64,000 nucleotides of DNA from Myxococcota bacterium (GCA_039208735.1 JBCCQY010000016.1:1-64000); one strand, 5' to 3'; shown: positions 29,478-39,371, counted from the first letter of the stretch. Made by a program: numbers and translations. The notes: generated by a model from the sequence alone, not told the origin.

Positions 29478-30641
29478 ATGGCGACGAACGGGGGGAGCGT
29501 GGCTTCCAAGCGATCGCCGCCCAGGCGCATTGGCGCCTATGAAATCGCGGATAAGATTGCGTCCGGCGGGATGGGGGAAGTCCTCTTGGGCTACCACCAG
29601 AACCTCGACCGGGCCTGTGCATTGAAGCGCCTGGTGCCACCCGACGACGCCGAGGAAGACCTCCTTGTCGAACTCGAGGAACGGTTCGAACGCGAAGGCA
29701 AGGTCCTGGCCCAGCTTTCGCACCAGGCCATTTGCGGCGTCTACGACCTGTTCTCGTGGCGAGGCACCTCATACCTCGCGCTCGAGTACATCAATGGCTA
29801 CGACCTGCGCGATTTGCTGAAGAACGGGCCCTTGCCGGTCGACGTCGCCCTCATCGTGGGCGCCCACACGGCCGACGCACTCCAGCACGCGCACATGCAC
29901 GGCATCATCCACCGCGACGTGAAACCCGCGAACATCATGATTTCGCGGAGTGGTGAGGTGAAGCTCATGGACTTCGGCATCGCTCGCGGCGATGAACTCG
30001 AAGTCCTGACGCGCACGGGCATGTTGGTGGGCACACCGACCTACATGGCCCCTGAGGTCCTCCGCGGCGAAGAAGCCGGGGTCGCAGCCGACACCTACAG
30101 CCTCGCAGCAACCTTGTACCGCTGCCTGGCGGGCGAGCCGATGTTCCCCAAGGGTCAGCAGCCCGAGGTCATCTACCGCAACATCCTCGAAGGTCGGATT
30201 CCCCACCTGCGGTCGGTCAACCCGAACGTGCCCCGGAGCCTGGCGAGCGTTGTCCATAAGGGACTCGCCACCGAGGCCACGCGCCGGTACAAGTCCTCCG
30301 GCGACTTCCGGAACGCCCTGCAGGATGAGCTGGCTCGCTTTGGTACGGCGGCTCCCGCCGAGCGGCTCGTGCAGTTCTTGTACGCCGATGGTCACCTGAC
30401 CGAAGACGCAGCAGCCACGGTGGTGCAGCCGTCGGTCCTCAAGGGGGCCTCACGCGACAAGCCCATCCGACGCACCTCGTCCAATTCGTGGATTGCGGCG
30501 ACGGCCTTGGCCGCGTCCATCACCGTGGTGGGGCTGGTCGGAATCTGGGCTGCGAACACGGGCACCGCCGACACGGTCGGGGGCTGGGTCAATGAGATTG
30601 TTGGCAGCCTTGCCACGCCGCCCGCACGTGCCGTTCCCTGA
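29478..30641 (+). CDS. Hanks-type Ser/Thr protein kinase with C-terminal TM
   Basis: Motifs IASGGMGEV, ALK, HRDVKPAN, DFGIA and GTPTYMAPE. Confidence 0.95.
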   Translation: MATNGGSVASKRSPPRRIGAYEIADKIASGGMGEVLLGYHQNLDRACALKRLVPPDDAEEDLLVELEERFEREGKVLAQLSHQAICGVYDLFSWRGTSYLALEYINGYDLRDLLKNGPLPVDVALIVGAHTADALQHAHMHGIIHRDVKPANIMISRSGEVKLMDFGIARGDELEVLTRTGMLVGTPTYMAPEVLRGEEAGVAADTYSLAATLYRCLAGEPMFPKGQQPEVIYRNILEGRIPHLRSVNPNVPRSLASVVHKGLATEATRRYKSSGDFRNALQDELARFGTAAPAERLVQFLYADGHLTEDAAATVVQPSVLKGASRDKPIRRTSSNSWIAATALAASITVVGLVGIWAANTGTADTVGGWVNEIVGSLATPPARAVP

Positions 30642-30684
30642 TTCGCCGCTGGGTGTGGCATGCTGCCGGGCGGAGGTGAGGGCA

Positions 30685-31029
30685 ATGCCATGGGCCTGGG
30701 TGTCGGTAGCGTTGGTCTGGTCGTCGGGATGTGGGTCGTTCGACCTGCTGCTGAAGGGCAACGAACCAGGATTCGAGGAAAAAGCTCGCTGTGACGCGGG
30801 CCTTTCCGTGTATTGCACGTGTCCTCCAAAAGACGAGCCGGACCTCGATTGCGACGCCGACGGCGTGTTCGACAACCTCGCCGCAACATGCATGGAAGAA
30901 CAGCTCTTCGTCATTGCGGACTGCTACGACAGCCTCGTCGACTCGGAAGGGTACGTCGAATGCGACCAAGTCGACCTCCAGTGCGGTCCGTTCTTCGTGG
31001 TTGAAGAGTCCGAAACCACCACGCTCTAG
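30685..31029 (+). CDS. Small Cys-rich acidic lipoprotein
   Basis: GGAGG RBS, signal peptide ending SSGC and 8 further Cys. Confidence 0.7.
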   Translation: MPWAWVSVALVWSSGCGSFDLLLKGNEPGFEEKARCDAGLSVYCTCPPKDEPDLDCDADGVFDNLAATCMEEQLFVIADCYDSLVDSEGYVECDQVDLQCGPFFVVEESETTTL

Positions 31030-31038
31030 GAGGATTCG

Positions 31039-31719
31039 ATGACGTTTAGCTGGATCCTCTGGTCTTCGGTCGCCGTTTCCCAGCCCGTCGAACCGGTCCC
31101 CGAGCCCGACCCGTCGCCTCTCTTCATCCCGGCCAACGAACGATTTCTCGAGCGCGACCGCCGCTCGCGACGGGCGTACCAGGTTGCGGCCACCGTCGCT
31201 GCGACCGGGGTCGCCTTTCAGATTTTGGGCATTGCCATCGATTCCCCGCCGTTGGTCGACGTCGCGGGCCGGCTTGAAGCGGTCGGAGCACCGGTGATGG
31301 TCTTTACGTCACTTCGCTCCGCTAATGCCCTCGATCGAATGGTCGACACCCCTTTTCCGGGCTTTGCGTACGCGGGCATGGCCACCTGGGCGGTCGACCT
31401 CGCGGCCTCGATTCCTGCAACGTCGGACCCTCTTTTGGGGCCTCTGACGCGCGCTGAGCGGCGACGCTACGCCTGGGTCGCCGTGGGTGGTCGTGTGGCC
31501 ACCCTGGTCCTGGCGGGATTCCAGCAGCGGTCGAACAATCGGGTTCGTCGACGGCTCGGGTTGCGGGTTCGAGGACCGAGTCCTAGGCGACGTGCCCGCA
31601 CGGTCGCATTCTCTCCATGGCTGGAGGGTAGGACGGGAGGTATCCTGTTGCAGCTGTCCGACGGTATCGGCGGACGCGGCCGACCCGTGGAGCAAGTCCC
31701 ATGGACCTCGAATCCCTGA
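31039..31719 (+). CDS. Hypothetical exported/membrane protein
   Basis: GGAGG RBS, N-terminal signal-like segment and hydrophobic helices. Confidence 0.65.
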   Translation: MTFSWILWSSVAVSQPVEPVPEPDPSPLFIPANERFLERDRRSRRAYQVAATVAATGVAFQILGIAIDSPPLVDVAGRLEAVGAPVMVFTSLRSANALDRMVDTPFPGFAYAGMATWAVDLAASIPATSDPLLGPLTRAERRRYAWVAVGGRVATLVLAGFQQRSNNRVRRRLGLRVRGPSPRRRARTVAFSPWLEGRTGGILLQLSDGIGGRGRPVEQVPWTSNP

Positions 31720-33659
31720 CTCCCGGAATCGTGATCGACCGGTATGTGGTCGAGTCGTTCATCGGTGCGGGGGGCATGGCCACGGTGCTCAAAGTGCGCC
31801 ACCGTCAGCTCGGCACCGCGCACGCCATGAAGGTGCTGAACATCGCCTCGGGATCGGTGAGGGACCGTCTGGTCCAAGAAGGACGTCTCCAAGCTGCGCT
31901 TCAACACGAGAACGTGGTCAAGGTCACCGATCTAGTCACCCTGACCGGCGGCGCGCCGGGTCTCATCATGGAGTTCGTGGAAGGCCCCAACCTCGATGAG
32001 CTGCTCAACGACAAAGTGCCTACCTTGGCGCAAGCCGACCATCTGGCTCAGGGCATCCTACGTGGCGTTGAAGAAGCCCATCGCCACGGTCTGGTCCACC
32101 GCGACCTAAAGCCCGCGAACATCCTTTTACAGCCCGCGGTGGAAACGTGGGTGCCCAAGGTGGCCGATTTCGGCATCGCCAAGGTTCTCGCTGGCGATGG
32201 GGACCACACGGGACACACCCGAACCGGCATGACCATGGGCACGCCCAACTACATGGCGCCCGAACAGGCTCGCGACGCGAAGAACATTGGCCCCACCGCA
32301 GACATTTTCGCGCTGGGGGCCATTCTGTATGAACTGCTGACCAACCAGCGAGCCTTCGAAGGCAACGACATCCTCGACACCCTCAACCGGGTCGCAGAGG
32401 CCGACTACGTGCCGATTCAGGAGCGCAAGCCGAACTGCCCTCCCGGCATGATGCGAGCCATTGAAGCGGCGCTGCAGGTCGAGGTTCAAGACCGGCCCCA
32501 GACCGTGGACGAGCTGCGTGCCATGTGGCTCGACGGTCGTCCGCCGCTCACGACTCCAGTTCCGTTCGAAGATGTGAAGCCCCGCGTGTTCCCTGCGGGG
32601 CCGGTGGGCAATGCGACCATCAGTCAAAGCCTGCTCCAGACCCAGGCCCCCCAAGCGTCCGGTTCCATTTTGGTTCCGGACCCCACCCCATTGCCGATGT
32701 CGCGGCGCACGGGGCTTGGCGTGGTGGCGCTGGTCGCTGGGGTCGTGGTGGGCCTGTTGCTCTCGGTCGGAGCCTTGGCTGCGCTCGTGGCCCTCCAATT
32801 CGACAACCGGGACCCGCGCCCCCTCGAGGCGCCCGGTACCGAAGGGCTGCCACCGCCCAGTCCGGTGGTCGGCGAACCGAGCATCGAGGTCCCGGACCCC
32901 GTGCCCTCCACGCCCGAACCGCCCACGGTGGCCGACGTCCCGCCTGTCGAGACCCCCGAACCCGCGCCGCAGCGTCCACCAGAGCCCGAGCCCGTCGCCG
33001 ACCTGCCCATGGCCATCGAGCCCGACCCCGACCCCATCGAGACCCCCACCGAGCCCGAGCCCGAGCCCGTCGCCATGATCACGCCGGACGAGCTGACGGC
33101 CGTGGTAAGCCCGCCGCCCGTACCGGCCCCTGACCCCGATCCCGTTCCCACCGTTCAGCCTGCCGGGTACGACCCGTACACCGCTCCGCTGACGGGCCGG
33201 CTGGCGGATACCGATCCCTCGAAGCGGCGGCGTGGGGTCAAAAACCTGGCGTACCGAGGCGATGAAGCGTCCCGCGTTCTGCTGGGCCGCGTCATGCGAG
33301 ACGATCCCGACCCGGGGGTGCGTCAGTTCGCCTGGGAGACCATCGAAAGCTTGCTGCAGACCGACGACCCTCATCTCGATCTGCTGCAAGATCATGCGGG
33401 TTGGCAGTTGGCCAATGGCGAAGACAACCTGGCCATCAAGGCCGTCAAGGTGCTCCATAGCCGAGGCAGTCGCCCCGGGTTGCTCGTCTCAGGGCTCCGT
33501 CGGCGATCCGTCGACATCCGGATTGCAACCCTCGATGCGGTGTCCGCGCTTCCGCCCGAAGATCGCCGTTCCTTGCGGTCCGAGGTCGAGCTTCTAACCC
33601 ACGTCGACAACCCTCGGCTGAGAAAGAAGGCGGTGGATGTGCTTTCGTTGATGCCTTGA
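31701..33659 (+). CDS. Ser/Thr kinase: kinase-TM-Pro-rich stalk-HEAT-like repeats
   Basis: Motifs IGAGGMATV, HRDLKPAN, DFGIAK and GTPNYMAPE. These are followed by a TM, a PEPEP linker and HEAT-like LADTDPSKRR / DPDPGVRQ / DNPRLRKKAV. Confidence 0.93.
   Translation: MDLESLTPGIVIDRYVVESFIGAGGMATVLKVRHRQLGTAHAMKVLNIASGSVRDRLVQEGRLQAALQHENVVKVTDLVTLTGGAPGLIMEFVEGPNLDELLNDKVPTLAQADHLAQGILRGVEEAHRHGLVHRDLKPANILLQPAVETWVPKVADFGIAKVLAGDGDHTGHTRTGMTMGTPNYMAPEQARDAKNIGPTADIFALGAILYELLTNQRAFEGNDILDTLNRVAEADYVPIQERKPNCPPGMMRAIEAALQVEVQDRPQTVDELRAMWLDGRPPLTTPVPFEDVKPRVFPAGPVGNATISQSLLQTQAPQASGSILVPDPTPLPMSRRTGLGVVALVAGVVVGLLLSVGALAALVALQFDNRDPRPLEAPGTEGLPPPSPVVGEPSIEVPDPVPSTPEPPTVADVPPVETPEPAPQRPPEPEPVADLPMAIEPDPDPIETPTEPEPEPVAMITPDELTAVVSPPPVPAPDPDPVPTVQPAGYDPYTAPLTGRLADTDPSKRRRGVKNLAYRGDEASRVLLGRVMRDDPDPGVRQFAWETIESLLQTDDPHLDLLQDHAGWQLANGEDNLAIKAVKVLHSRGSRPGLLVSGLRRRSVDIRIATLDAVSALPPEDRRSLRSEVELLTHVDNPRLRKKAVDVLSLMP
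32815..33160 (+). repeat. Coding low-complexity Pro/Glu/Asp repeats (PEPEP, PDPDP)
   Basis: Imperfect CCCGAG/CCCGAC hexamer runs inside the kinase gene. Confidence 0.6.
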
Positions 33660-33668
33660 GGTGAAGCG

Positions 33669-34400
33669 ATGACAACGTGGGCGGTGCTGCTCTTGATGAG
33701 TGGCTGTCAGAAGGCTGGACCCGCCGTAGCTCCGGCTGCGGCCAACTCCGACGAAGCGCGTCCTCCGCAGGCCACGACCACCCCCGCCTATACGCTGGGC
33801 GAGGATGCATCTCCCATGCTTCTCGACCCCGACCTCGCCACCGAAACAGCTCCTCCGAGCTACGACGTGCGGCTCACGACCTCGCAGGGGGACGTTGTGG
33901 TTCATGTCGAACGCAGCTGGGCCCCCCATGCCGCCGACCGCTTCTACAACCTGGTCCAGGCCGGCTTTTATGACCAGGCCGCATTCTTCCGCACCATCCA
34001 TGGCTTTGTGGCCCAGTTTGGGATTTCGGCGTTCCCCCAGGTGAGCAAGAAGTGGCGTGACGCCTCGATTCCCGACGACACAGTGCTGCTGTCGAACACC
34101 CGGGGACGGCTCACCATGGCCATGCGGGGCACGCCCAACAGCCGAACCACCCAACTCTTCATCAACCTGACCGACAACACGTCGCTCGATCGCATGGGCT
34201 TCGCGCCCTTTGCGGAGGTGACCGAGGGCATGGAGGTCATCGACACCCTGCACGAAACGGGAGAAGGGAGGCCACGAGGTCCGGGCCCGAGCCAGGGCGA
34301 CCTCTACAAGCACGGCAACACGCTGATCGACCGTGCGTTCCCCGACACCGACCGGGTCCTCGAAGCGGTGGTCCTCCAAGCCCCGGCTGACGAGCCATGA
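33669..34400 (+). CDS. Cyclophilin-type peptidyl-prolyl isomerase, lipoprotein
   Basis: Lipobox MSGC and motifs WAPHAADRFYNLV, FFRTIHGFVAQFG, TTQLFINL and FAPFAEV. Confidence 0.92.
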   Translation: MTTWAVLLLMSGCQKAGPAVAPAAANSDEARPPQATTTPAYTLGEDASPMLLDPDLATETAPPSYDVRLTTSQGDVVVHVERSWAPHAADRFYNLVQAGFYDQAAFFRTIHGFVAQFGISAFPQVSKKWRDASIPDDTVLLSNTRGRLTMAMRGTPNSRTTQLFINLTDNTSLDRMGFAPFAEVTEGMEVIDTLHETGEGRPRGPGPSQGDLYKHGNTLIDRAFPDTDRVLEAVVLQAPADEP

Positions 34401-37243
34401 CCCGGGTCTTCCGTCTCGACGTCAATGGCGACACGGTCGAAGTCGCCGCCCCCGCACACCACAGCCTGCTCGAGGTGCTTCGCTACACGTTGGGGCTCAC
34501 GGGTTCGAAGCAGGGCTGCGACAAAGGCGATTGCGGGGCGTGTACCGTGTTGGTCGATGGCGCCCCCACGCTTGCCTGCTGCACGCTCGCGATGGCGCAC
34601 GAAGGACAGGCCATCACCACCATCGAGGGGCTCGCCGATGGCGAAGGCCCCAGCGCGTTGCAGCGGGCCTTCGATGCCCATGGCGCCCTGCAATGCGGGT
34701 TCTGCCAACCCGGGATGATCCTGTCCGCCCAGGCCCTGCTCGATGAGCATCCCAACCCGACCTATGAACAGGTCGCGGATGCGCTATCGGGCAACCTTTG
34801 CCGCTGCACGGGCTACACCAAGATCATCGAAGCCGTGCTCGCCGCCGCCAAGCCCGACGCGGCCCGGCACGCCCCCATCGCCTACGGCGACGAGACGGAA
34901 GGGTTCAGCGTCATCGGTCGCCGCGGCCGTAAGGGCGATGCAATTGGCAAAGCCACCGGGGCCACCCAATACACCGACGACCTCACGTTTCCGCGGATGG
35001 CCCACGGCAAAATCCTGCGCAGCCCTCACGCGCACGCGCGCATCCGATCGATCGATGCGAGTGCCGCGGAAGCCATGCCCGGCGTGTATGCCGTCATCAC
35101 CGGCGCGGACCTCCCCACGCCCTATTGCGTGATTCCCTGGACCCCTGACGAACACGCCCTGGCCATCGACAAGGTTCGCTACATCGGCGATGCCGTCGCC
35201 GCCGTCGCCGCGGCTGACGAAGACACCGCGAACGAGGCGCTCCGACGCATCGTCGTCGACTACGAGGTGCTCGAACCTGTGGTCGGTACGCGAGCCGCCC
35301 TCAAGGCCGATGCTCCACTGGTCCACGAGCACGATTGGAAGAACCGCCCGCGGTCCAACAACGTGTGCAAGCAGGTCGACCTCGCCTTTGGGGACGTGGA
35401 CCAGGCGATTGCCGACGCGGCGGCCGTCGTCGAAGGGGACTGGCACTACCGAGGGTCGACCCACGCGCCGATCGAGCCCCACTGTGCGGTTGCCCTCATC
35501 GACGCTGACGGCCGACTCACGGTGTACTCGGCCACCCAGGTCATGCACTACCTCCACCGCGAACTCGCACGGGTGCTCGAGATGCCGGAGGCCGACATTC
35601 GCGTCGTCCAGCCCACGATCGGTGGGGCCTTTGGCGGCAAGTCCGAGCCCTTCGACCTCGAATTCTGCACCGCACTGCTCGCCAAGCGAACGGGGCGTCC
35701 CGTCAAGATCCTCTACACCCGCGAAGAGGTCTTCTACGCGCATCGCGGTCGCCATCCGATGGACTTTCACTTCCGAATTGCCGCCGATGCGGACGGAAAG
35801 GTCACCGCCGTCGACAACGACATTGTGTTGGACGGGGGCGCGTACCACTCGTTCGGACTTGTGACGACCTACTACGCGGGCCAGCTGCTGCCTGGGCCCC
35901 TGCGGTTCGGCACGTACCGGTTCTCCTCACGCCGGGTGTACACCAACACGCCGTGTTGTGGTCCAAAGCGCGGCCACGGCTCCGTCCAGCCACGATTTCC
36001 GCTCGAGACAGCGCTCGATGAACTCGCCGAAAAGCTGCAGCTCGACCCCATCGAAATCCGACGCCGGAACGCGATGGACGCGGGCGAGACGACCATCAAT
36101 GGCCAGTTCGTCCCGAGCTGTGGCATCCGCGAATGTCTCGACGCCGTGGAAGCGGCGAGCGGCTGGCGAGACCGCAGGGGCCAGCTTCCCTACGGCCAAG
36201 GCCTCGGGGTCGCGACGAGCATGTACATCAGCGGGACGGCCTACCCGATCTATCCAAATGAGATGCCCCAGTCGGGCGTTCAAATCCTGGCCGACCGCAG
36301 TGGTCGCCTCACCGTGTTCTCGGGAACCAACGACATCGGCCAGGGCAGCAACGGCATGCTGGCCTACGTGGTGGCCGAAGAGACCGGTGTGGCGCCCGAT
36401 GACATCCGCATCGTTACCGGCGATACCGACCTTACCCCCGTCGACCTCGGGTCCTACTCGTCGCGCGTGACCTACATGGCGGGCCTCGCGGCGCAGCAGG
36501 CCGGGCGGGCCCTTCGCGATGTGCTCGTGCGCACCATGGCGGACGAGTGGGGGTGCGACCCTGAAGACGTGATGGTGGGAATCGGCCGCTACCGCCACCG
36601 CACCGGCGAAGTCGAAGTCGACGTGCGGCAGGTGCTTCAGCTCGCCGAAGCCCGGCTCGGGCGTCCGCTCTCGATGAGCGGCGGCTTCACTGTGAAAGAG
36701 AAGCTCGGTGGCGACTATCGGGGAGGCAGCATCGGCGCGTCCCCCGCCTACAGCGCCACCGCCCACGTCGCAGAGGTCGAGGTCGATGCCGACACCGGCC
36801 GAGTCGTCGTGCACCGCATCTGGGCCGCGCACGACTGTGGACGGGCCCTCAACCCGGTGATGGTGGAAGGGCAGATCGAAGGGTCGGTCTACATGGGCAT
36901 GAGCGAAGCGGTGTTCGAAGACATGGCCTACTACTCGGGCATGGAAGACCGACGCCGGGCGCCTGACGGGCCCGACCGCACCCGAGGCCTGCACCTCGGC
37001 CCGAACCTGCTCGACTACCGGCTTGCCACTTCGCTCGACACCCCACGCATCGCGTCGTCCATCGTCGAGTCGATCGACCCGGGGGGGCCTTACGGGGCCA
37101 AAGAGGCGGGAGAGGGGCCCTTGCACCCTGCGATACCCGCCATCGCGAACGCCATTTACGACGCGGTAGGCGTGCGCCTGCGTACCATGCCTTTCAGTCC
37201 TGAACGGCTCCGTGCGGCCATCGTCGAAAAGGGAGGTCGCTGA
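34397..37243 (+). CDS. Xanthine-oxidase-family molybdoenzyme: 2x[2Fe-2S] (HcrC-like) fused to Mo-binding subunit (HcrA-like)
   Basis: Fe-S motifs CDKGDCGAC, CGFC and CRC, followed by GGAFGGK, RVYTNTPCCGPKRGHG, DIGQGSN, GSYSSRVT and GAKEAGEG, as in 4-hydroxybenzoyl-CoA reductase alpha. Confidence 0.85.
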   Translation: MTRVFRLDVNGDTVEVAAPAHHSLLEVLRYTLGLTGSKQGCDKGDCGACTVLVDGAPTLACCTLAMAHEGQAITTIEGLADGEGPSALQRAFDAHGALQCGFCQPGMILSAQALLDEHPNPTYEQVADALSGNLCRCTGYTKIIEAVLAAAKPDAARHAPIAYGDETEGFSVIGRRGRKGDAIGKATGATQYTDDLTFPRMAHGKILRSPHAHARIRSIDASAAEAMPGVYAVITGADLPTPYCVIPWTPDEHALAIDKVRYIGDAVAAVAAADEDTANEALRRIVVDYEVLEPVVGTRAALKADAPLVHEHDWKNRPRSNNVCKQVDLAFGDVDQAIADAAAVVEGDWHYRGSTHAPIEPHCAVALIDADGRLTVYSATQVMHYLHRELARVLEMPEADIRVVQPTIGGAFGGKSEPFDLEFCTALLAKRTGRPVKILYTREEVFYAHRGRHPMDFHFRIAADADGKVTAVDNDIVLDGGAYHSFGLVTTYYAGQLLPGPLRFGTYRFSSRRVYTNTPCCGPKRGHGSVQPRFPLETALDELAEKLQLDPIEIRRRNAMDAGETTINGQFVPSCGIRECLDAVEAASGWRDRRGQLPYGQGLGVATSMYISGTAYPIYPNEMPQSGVQILADRSGRLTVFSGTNDIGQGSNGMLAYVVAEETGVAPDDIRIVTGDTDLTPVDLGSYSSRVTYMAGLAAQQAGRALRDVLVRTMADEWGCDPEDVMVGIGRYRHRTGEVEVDVRQVLQLAEARLGRPLSMSGGFTVKEKLGGDYRGGSIGASPAYSATAHVAEVEVDADTGRVVVHRIWAAHDCGRALNPVMVEGQIEGSVYMGMSEAVFEDMAYYSGMEDRRRAPDGPDRTRGLHLGPNLLDYRLATSLDTPRIASSIVESIDPGGPYGAKEAGEGPLHPAIPAIANAIYDAVGVRLRTMPFSPERLRAAIVEKGGR

Positions 37244-38229
37244 TGCTCCGCATGCCGGCCTTCGATGTGTTGCGACCCACCTCGGTCGACGAGGCGGTGG
37301 CCCTCCGCCGCCAGCACCCGGCTTCGCGCTACGTCGCAGGCGGGACCGACCTGCTGCCAAACCTCAAGCACGGCCTGGACGCCCCGACCCATCTGGTCTC
37401 GCTGTCGCATGTCGAAGGCCTTGCGCAGATCACGGCCACCGACGAGGCGATTCGTATCGGAGCCCGCACCACGATTCACACCCTGGCCACCGATCCGATC
37501 GTCCAGACCGAGCTGCCTGGCCTGGCCCAAGCGGCGTCGACCATCGCAGGCCCTCAGCACCGGCGGATGGGGACTCTCGGCGGCAATGTGCTGCTCGACA
37601 CACGGTGCCTCTTCTACAATCAGACCGAGGCCTGGCGCACCGCGGTGGGGTTTTGCCTGAAGAAGGACGGCCAGTGGTGCCACGTCATCGGCAGCCCCAA
37701 GGCCTGCGTCGCGGCGCAGAGTTCCGATTCGGTGCCCATGCTCATCGCACTCGGCGCAACGGTCCACTTCGCGACCCCCGATGGCCCCGCTGAAATCGAG
37801 CTGTCTAGCCTTTTTACGACGGACGGACGCCGCGAGTCGCACCGGACGGTGCCCGCCGAAGCCCTCCTCACCGAGGTCGTCGTCCCGCGTCCCCGGCCGG
37901 GCCACCGCAGTGTGTACCGCAAGGTCCGCGCCCGCAATGCGGTGGACTATCCCCAGCTGTCGGTTGCATTTGCGGGCACCTTTGACGGAACCACGTGTCA
38001 GTCCCTTCGCGTCGTGCTGGGCGCCATGCTGCCGCAGCCGAAGGTCTTGAAGGGGTCCGAGACCTTGGTGGGCACGGAAATCACGGACGAGGCCGCAACC
38101 GCCTTCGCGGAACGCGCCTTCAAACAAGCGCGGCCCCAGCCCCAAATCCACGGCGATCCTGAATGGCGACGACATTTGGCGAGAGTCGAAACGTATCGAG
38201 GGCTTTTGGAGCTACGTCCCGCTAGCTAG
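37243..38229 (+). CDS. FAD-binding subunit with [4Fe-4S] insertion (HcrB-like)
   Basis: Motifs AGGTDLLPNLK and GTLGGN. The insert RCLFYNQTEAWR...CLKKDGQWCHV...C has 4 Cys. Confidence 0.88.
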   Translation: MLRMPAFDVLRPTSVDEAVALRRQHPASRYVAGGTDLLPNLKHGLDAPTHLVSLSHVEGLAQITATDEAIRIGARTTIHTLATDPIVQTELPGLAQAASTIAGPQHRRMGTLGGNVLLDTRCLFYNQTEAWRTAVGFCLKKDGQWCHVIGSPKACVAAQSSDSVPMLIALGATVHFATPDGPAEIELSSLFTTDGRRESHRTVPAEALLTEVVVPRPRPGHRSVYRKVRARNAVDYPQLSVAFAGTFDGTTCQSLRVVLGAMLPQPKVLKGSETLVGTEITDEAATAFAERAFKQARPQPQIHGDPEWRRHLARVETYRGLLELRPAS

Positions 38230-38246
38230 TCGGCAGGAGTCGATGC

Positions 38247-38855
38247 ATGACCAAGCGCCGAGATGCCGGGCGTGCCAGAGGGCAGCCGATCGAAAATGCG
38301 ATTCTCCTGACGGCCCTTGAGGATCTGGCGACTCACGGTCTCGAGGGCTTAAACATCCCTCGCATCGCGGCCAAGGCGCAGGTCAACAAGACGAGCATCT
38401 ATCGGCGATGGGCGACCCGTGAAGACTTGGCCCGCGCCGCGTTGGAAGCCGCGCTGGCGGCACAAAGCACAGAGCTGCGAGACACCGGTTCCCTTCGCGG
38501 TGACCTCGAGCTTCTCGTTGGAATGCTGGCGAAACGTCTCTCGACGCCGTCTGGCCGAGCCCTCGCCCGCGTCGCCTTGTCCGAGGCCTCCTCAGAGCAG
38601 TTCGTGACCCTTTCCGGGGCCATTCTCGAGCGTGAACTCGAAGAGGGGGCCGCCCTCGTGCGGCGAGCCGTTCAACGTGGGGAGTGGGATCTCGCAAAAC
38701 ATGCCCCAGATGCTCTATTCGCGATGGTGTCGGGCGGGGTGATGCATCGCCTCATGCTCGAGAGACGTCCGATTACGCCAGAGTGGACCTCCACGATCGT
38801 CGACGTCCTCGTGCGCGGGCTTCAGGTCCACCGAGTCGTCCCATCACGCGAGTAG
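38247..38855 (+). CDS. TetR/AcrR family regulator
   Basis: Motifs IAAKAQVNKTSIYRRW and DTGSLRGDL. Confidence 0.92.
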   Translation: MTKRRDAGRARGQPIENAILLTALEDLATHGLEGLNIPRIAAKAQVNKTSIYRRWATREDLARAALEAALAAQSTELRDTGSLRGDLELLVGMLAKRLSTPSGRALARVALSEASSEQFVTLSGAILERELEEGAALVRRAVQRGEWDLAKHAPDALFAMVSGGVMHRLMLERRPITPEWTSTIVDVLVRGLQVHRVVPSRE

Positions 38856-38873
38856 CCGACCATCGCGGCTCGA

Positions 38874-39371
38874 TCACCGCGCAAACACGTCGCCCACGCG
38901 GTAACTGTTGAGCCCGTGGTTGTGGACATGAAGGAACGCGGGACCTTCCAAGTTGCGCGGGGCCCGACCGAAAAGGTCATACCGACCCGAAGCAGTCGGG
39001 ATGGCGGCTGACCACTCGACGACGACGTCGGGGCCGATGGCGAGTTCCACCACGGCCGTTGCGGGCAAGGGCGCCCATAAGTCTTGGTGGAAGAGCTCCA
39101 CCTCGAGCTGCGCTCCACGGTTTAGGGAGTCCGGAATGGGCTGCGTCCAGGTCCCCCACGAACAACCTTCCATCGAGACTTCAAAGTATCCCTCCTCTTC
39201 GAAGAAACTGCTCTGCGAGCAGTCCGCATCCGGGGGGGCCTCGAGTGCCCAAGGGTCACTTCGGTCGGTGACGATCACCCAATTCGCAGCATCAAGCACG
39301 CGGACCGGTTCGCCTTGCGCGCATGCGCCAATCCAAAAAACCAAGGGTAGACCGAGGTTGATGTGGCTCAT
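38874..39371 (-). CDS. Hypothetical lipoprotein with HxHNHG motif (candidate metal-binding)
   Basis: Lipobox IGAC, two more Cys, FHQDL and LHVHNHGLNSY. ATGA overlap with mbnH. Confidence 0.7.
   Translation of the reverse strand: MSHINLGLPLVFWIGACAQGEPVRVLDAANWVIVTDRSDPWALEAPPDADCSQSSFFEEEGYFEVSMEGCSWGTWTQPIPDSLNRGAQLEVELFHQDLWAPLPATAVVELAIGPDVVVEWSAAIPTASGRYDLFGRAPRNLEGPAFLHVHNHGLNSYRVGDVFAR

Noticed and set aside
32815..33160. Tandem repeats as possible CRISPR or VNTR
   Set aside because: They are in-frame Pro-Glu/Pro-Asp codons with no repeat-spacer structure.
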